Below, piece by piece: positions 62,892 to 64,000 of a stretch of DNA of 64,000 nucleotides. Location: contig CASIBX010000008.1 in assembly GCA_949373075.1 (NCBI GenBank), positions 985 through 64,984 on the forward strand. The letters are read 5' to 3'. Each line of letters starts with the position of its first letter. Positions within the stretch are counted from its first letter, which is position 1. The position numbers were made by a program, and so were the translations under genes. Under the pieces are notes generated by a model. It searched no databases. It saw nothing but the letters and a program-made list of their open reading frames with translations, and was not told the origin of the DNA. The DNA comes from Candidatus Poseidoniaceae archaeon. Lineage in GTDB: Archaea; Thermoplasmatota; Poseidoniia; Poseidoniales; Poseidoniaceae.

Positions 62892-63277
62892 TGATTGATG
62901 GTGATTGGTCATACTTCACCCCGGTACGTCTTCCAGTAAATTGGGAATTTGAAGGTGATGCGGGAATCCATCCTGAAATTGAAGGAATTACAGGGAGAAA
63001 TGTTGTTCTATTAATTGAAAAGAGTTTTTCAAGACTGGAGAGGATTCTAGCTAAAGTTTTGAAGGCCCCTAAGGTTGTTCGTAGGCCCATGCACCATACT
63101 CAATCGATGCTCTGGGAATTGATGGATGGAGTTAGAAACTTTGAACAAATATGCGATATAATGTTGACTTTGTATCATGAAGATATTTCACCTGTGCATG
63201 ATAGAATTAAATCATATCTAGAAGTATTCGTTAGACTGAATGTAGCTACTGTCCTCAAACCTAGGGAAGAAGAGTGA
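62891..63277 (+). CDS. PqqD-like winged-helix (RRE-like) protein
   Basis: LWELMDGVRNFEQIC..M...Y.E......DRI..YL. Confidence 0.65.
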   Translation: MIDGDWSYFTPVRLPVNWEFEGDAGIHPEIEGITGRNVVLLIEKSFSRLERILAKVLKAPKVVRRPMHHTQSMLWELMDGVRNFEQICDIMLTLYHEDISPVHDRIKSYLEVFVRLNVATVLKPREEE

Positions 63278-63581
63278 GTATTTCTTGCGGTGGTCTTCCA
63301 ATTACTGCGACTCCGTTGTGAATTAATATCGGACGCTGAAGCAATTTGGCATTGTCGATTAACAATTTTTTCATATCTCTTTTATTCTCAGAAACATAAA
63401 TGATATCCTTGGCGATATCCTCAATTCGAATTACATTATCCAATTCTAGGAGGATCTCAAAATCTTCTGAAGCAATACCTAAATCCAAATAACGATATTC
63501 ATCAAATTCAATACCCCTGTCTACAAGAATAGCCAATGCTTCTCTTGATTTAGAACAGCGTGGATTATGATACAATCGCAT
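63261..63581 (-). CDS. ArsC/Spx/YffB-family protein
   Basis: YHNPRCSKSR, LLQRPI, IGRPP. Confidence 0.88.
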   Translation of the reverse strand: MRLYHNPRCSKSREALAILVDRGIEFDEYRYLDLGIASEDFEILLELDNVIRIEDIAKDIIYVSENKRDMKKLLIDNAKLLQRPILIHNGVAVIGRPPQEILTLLP

Positions 63582-63602
63582 TTTATTACCTCTGTTTTAC
63601 TA

Positions 63603-64000
63603 TCAAAGTGGTGACCATACCAGACGTAATCCAATGCCATCACTGCGCTTATCTACTAATGAAATTCCTTTTGCATATGATGTTGTAGATTCCGATTCCA
63701 TCAACCATGAACCGCCCTTAGTAATCCTCTTGAGGCCAACTTCAGAACTGGTCCACTCCGCTACATTACCGTGACAATCGAACAAGCCCCAAGGATTCTC
63801 TTTTTTCTGACCAACTTCTCTGGTAGTTGCTCCTGAGTTTCCAGCATGCCAAGCCACCTCGTCGAGTTCACTATCTCTGTCAGAATGAAACCATCTGGAA
63901 GTGGTTCCAGCCCTGCAAGCATATTCCCACTCATCAGCAGTTGGCATTCTCCAGACTCCCGCCAGACCAAGTTTCTCTCCCGTATCCATTTCATTTAATT
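63603..64000 (-). CDS. Formylglycine-generating-enzyme (SUMF1/FGE) domain protein (5'-partial)
   Basis: RMPTADEWEYACRAG, NPWGLFDCHGNVAEW, KGGSW, GLRLV. Confidence 0.88.
   Translation of the reverse strand, partial: LNEMDTGEKLGLAGVWRMPTADEWEYACRAGTTSRWFHSDRDSELDEVAWHAGNSGATTREVGQKKENPWGLFDCHGNVAEWTSSEVGLKRITKGGSWLMESESTTSYAKGISLVDKRSDGIGLRLVWSPL

Noticed and set aside
265..63994. Numerous 60-270 aa antisense or alternate-frame ORFs in the track (e.g. 13233-13940, 30521-31225, 35932-36735, 51713-52435)
   Set aside because: Shadow ORFs of well-supported genes, with no recognisable motifs

Overview
64-kb, gene-dense archaeal chromosome segment. PAN, PriS, Kae1, Tsr3, SRP54, S17e/S19e/L31e/L39e, MBF1 and PDCD5 mark it as archaeal. 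The mix of bacterial-type metabolism and acidic or Pro-rich membrane and secreted proteins is most consistent with Marine Group II (Poseidoniales, Thermoplasmatota); this assignment is an inference. Content: protein targeting (ArsA/Get3 with an HSP20-like tail next to SRP54), ProRS and MetRS, transaldolase and split transketolase, an OPT transporter, a P2A ATPase, futalosine-pathway genes (mqnE, mqnA, mqnD), THF-dependent histidine catabolism (hutU, hutH, hutI, formiminotransferase, cyclodeaminase), FdhD/YdeP, methylmalonyl-CoA mutase and epimerase, a NatAB-like ABC transporter, a ribosomal protein cluster and tRNA-Val(GAC). Main unusual observations: (1) a 28-bp palindromic dif-like tyrosine-recombinase site at 44343-44370; (2) an RHH-folE-queE-queC::msrB-queD operon in which a Zn-ligand-less QueC is fused in frame to MsrB; (3) a recurrent non-canonical TATA-position motif TT[CG]A[AT] 26-31 nt upstream of start codons; (4) a probable ATT start codon for priS; (5) a Zn-ribbon/EF-hand/TM/SH3-like acidic protein. 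The 4.9-11.7 kb block has many frameshifts, including in essential proS, and is most likely low-quality consensus sequence. No CRISPR array, rRNA, integrase or transposase was seen.
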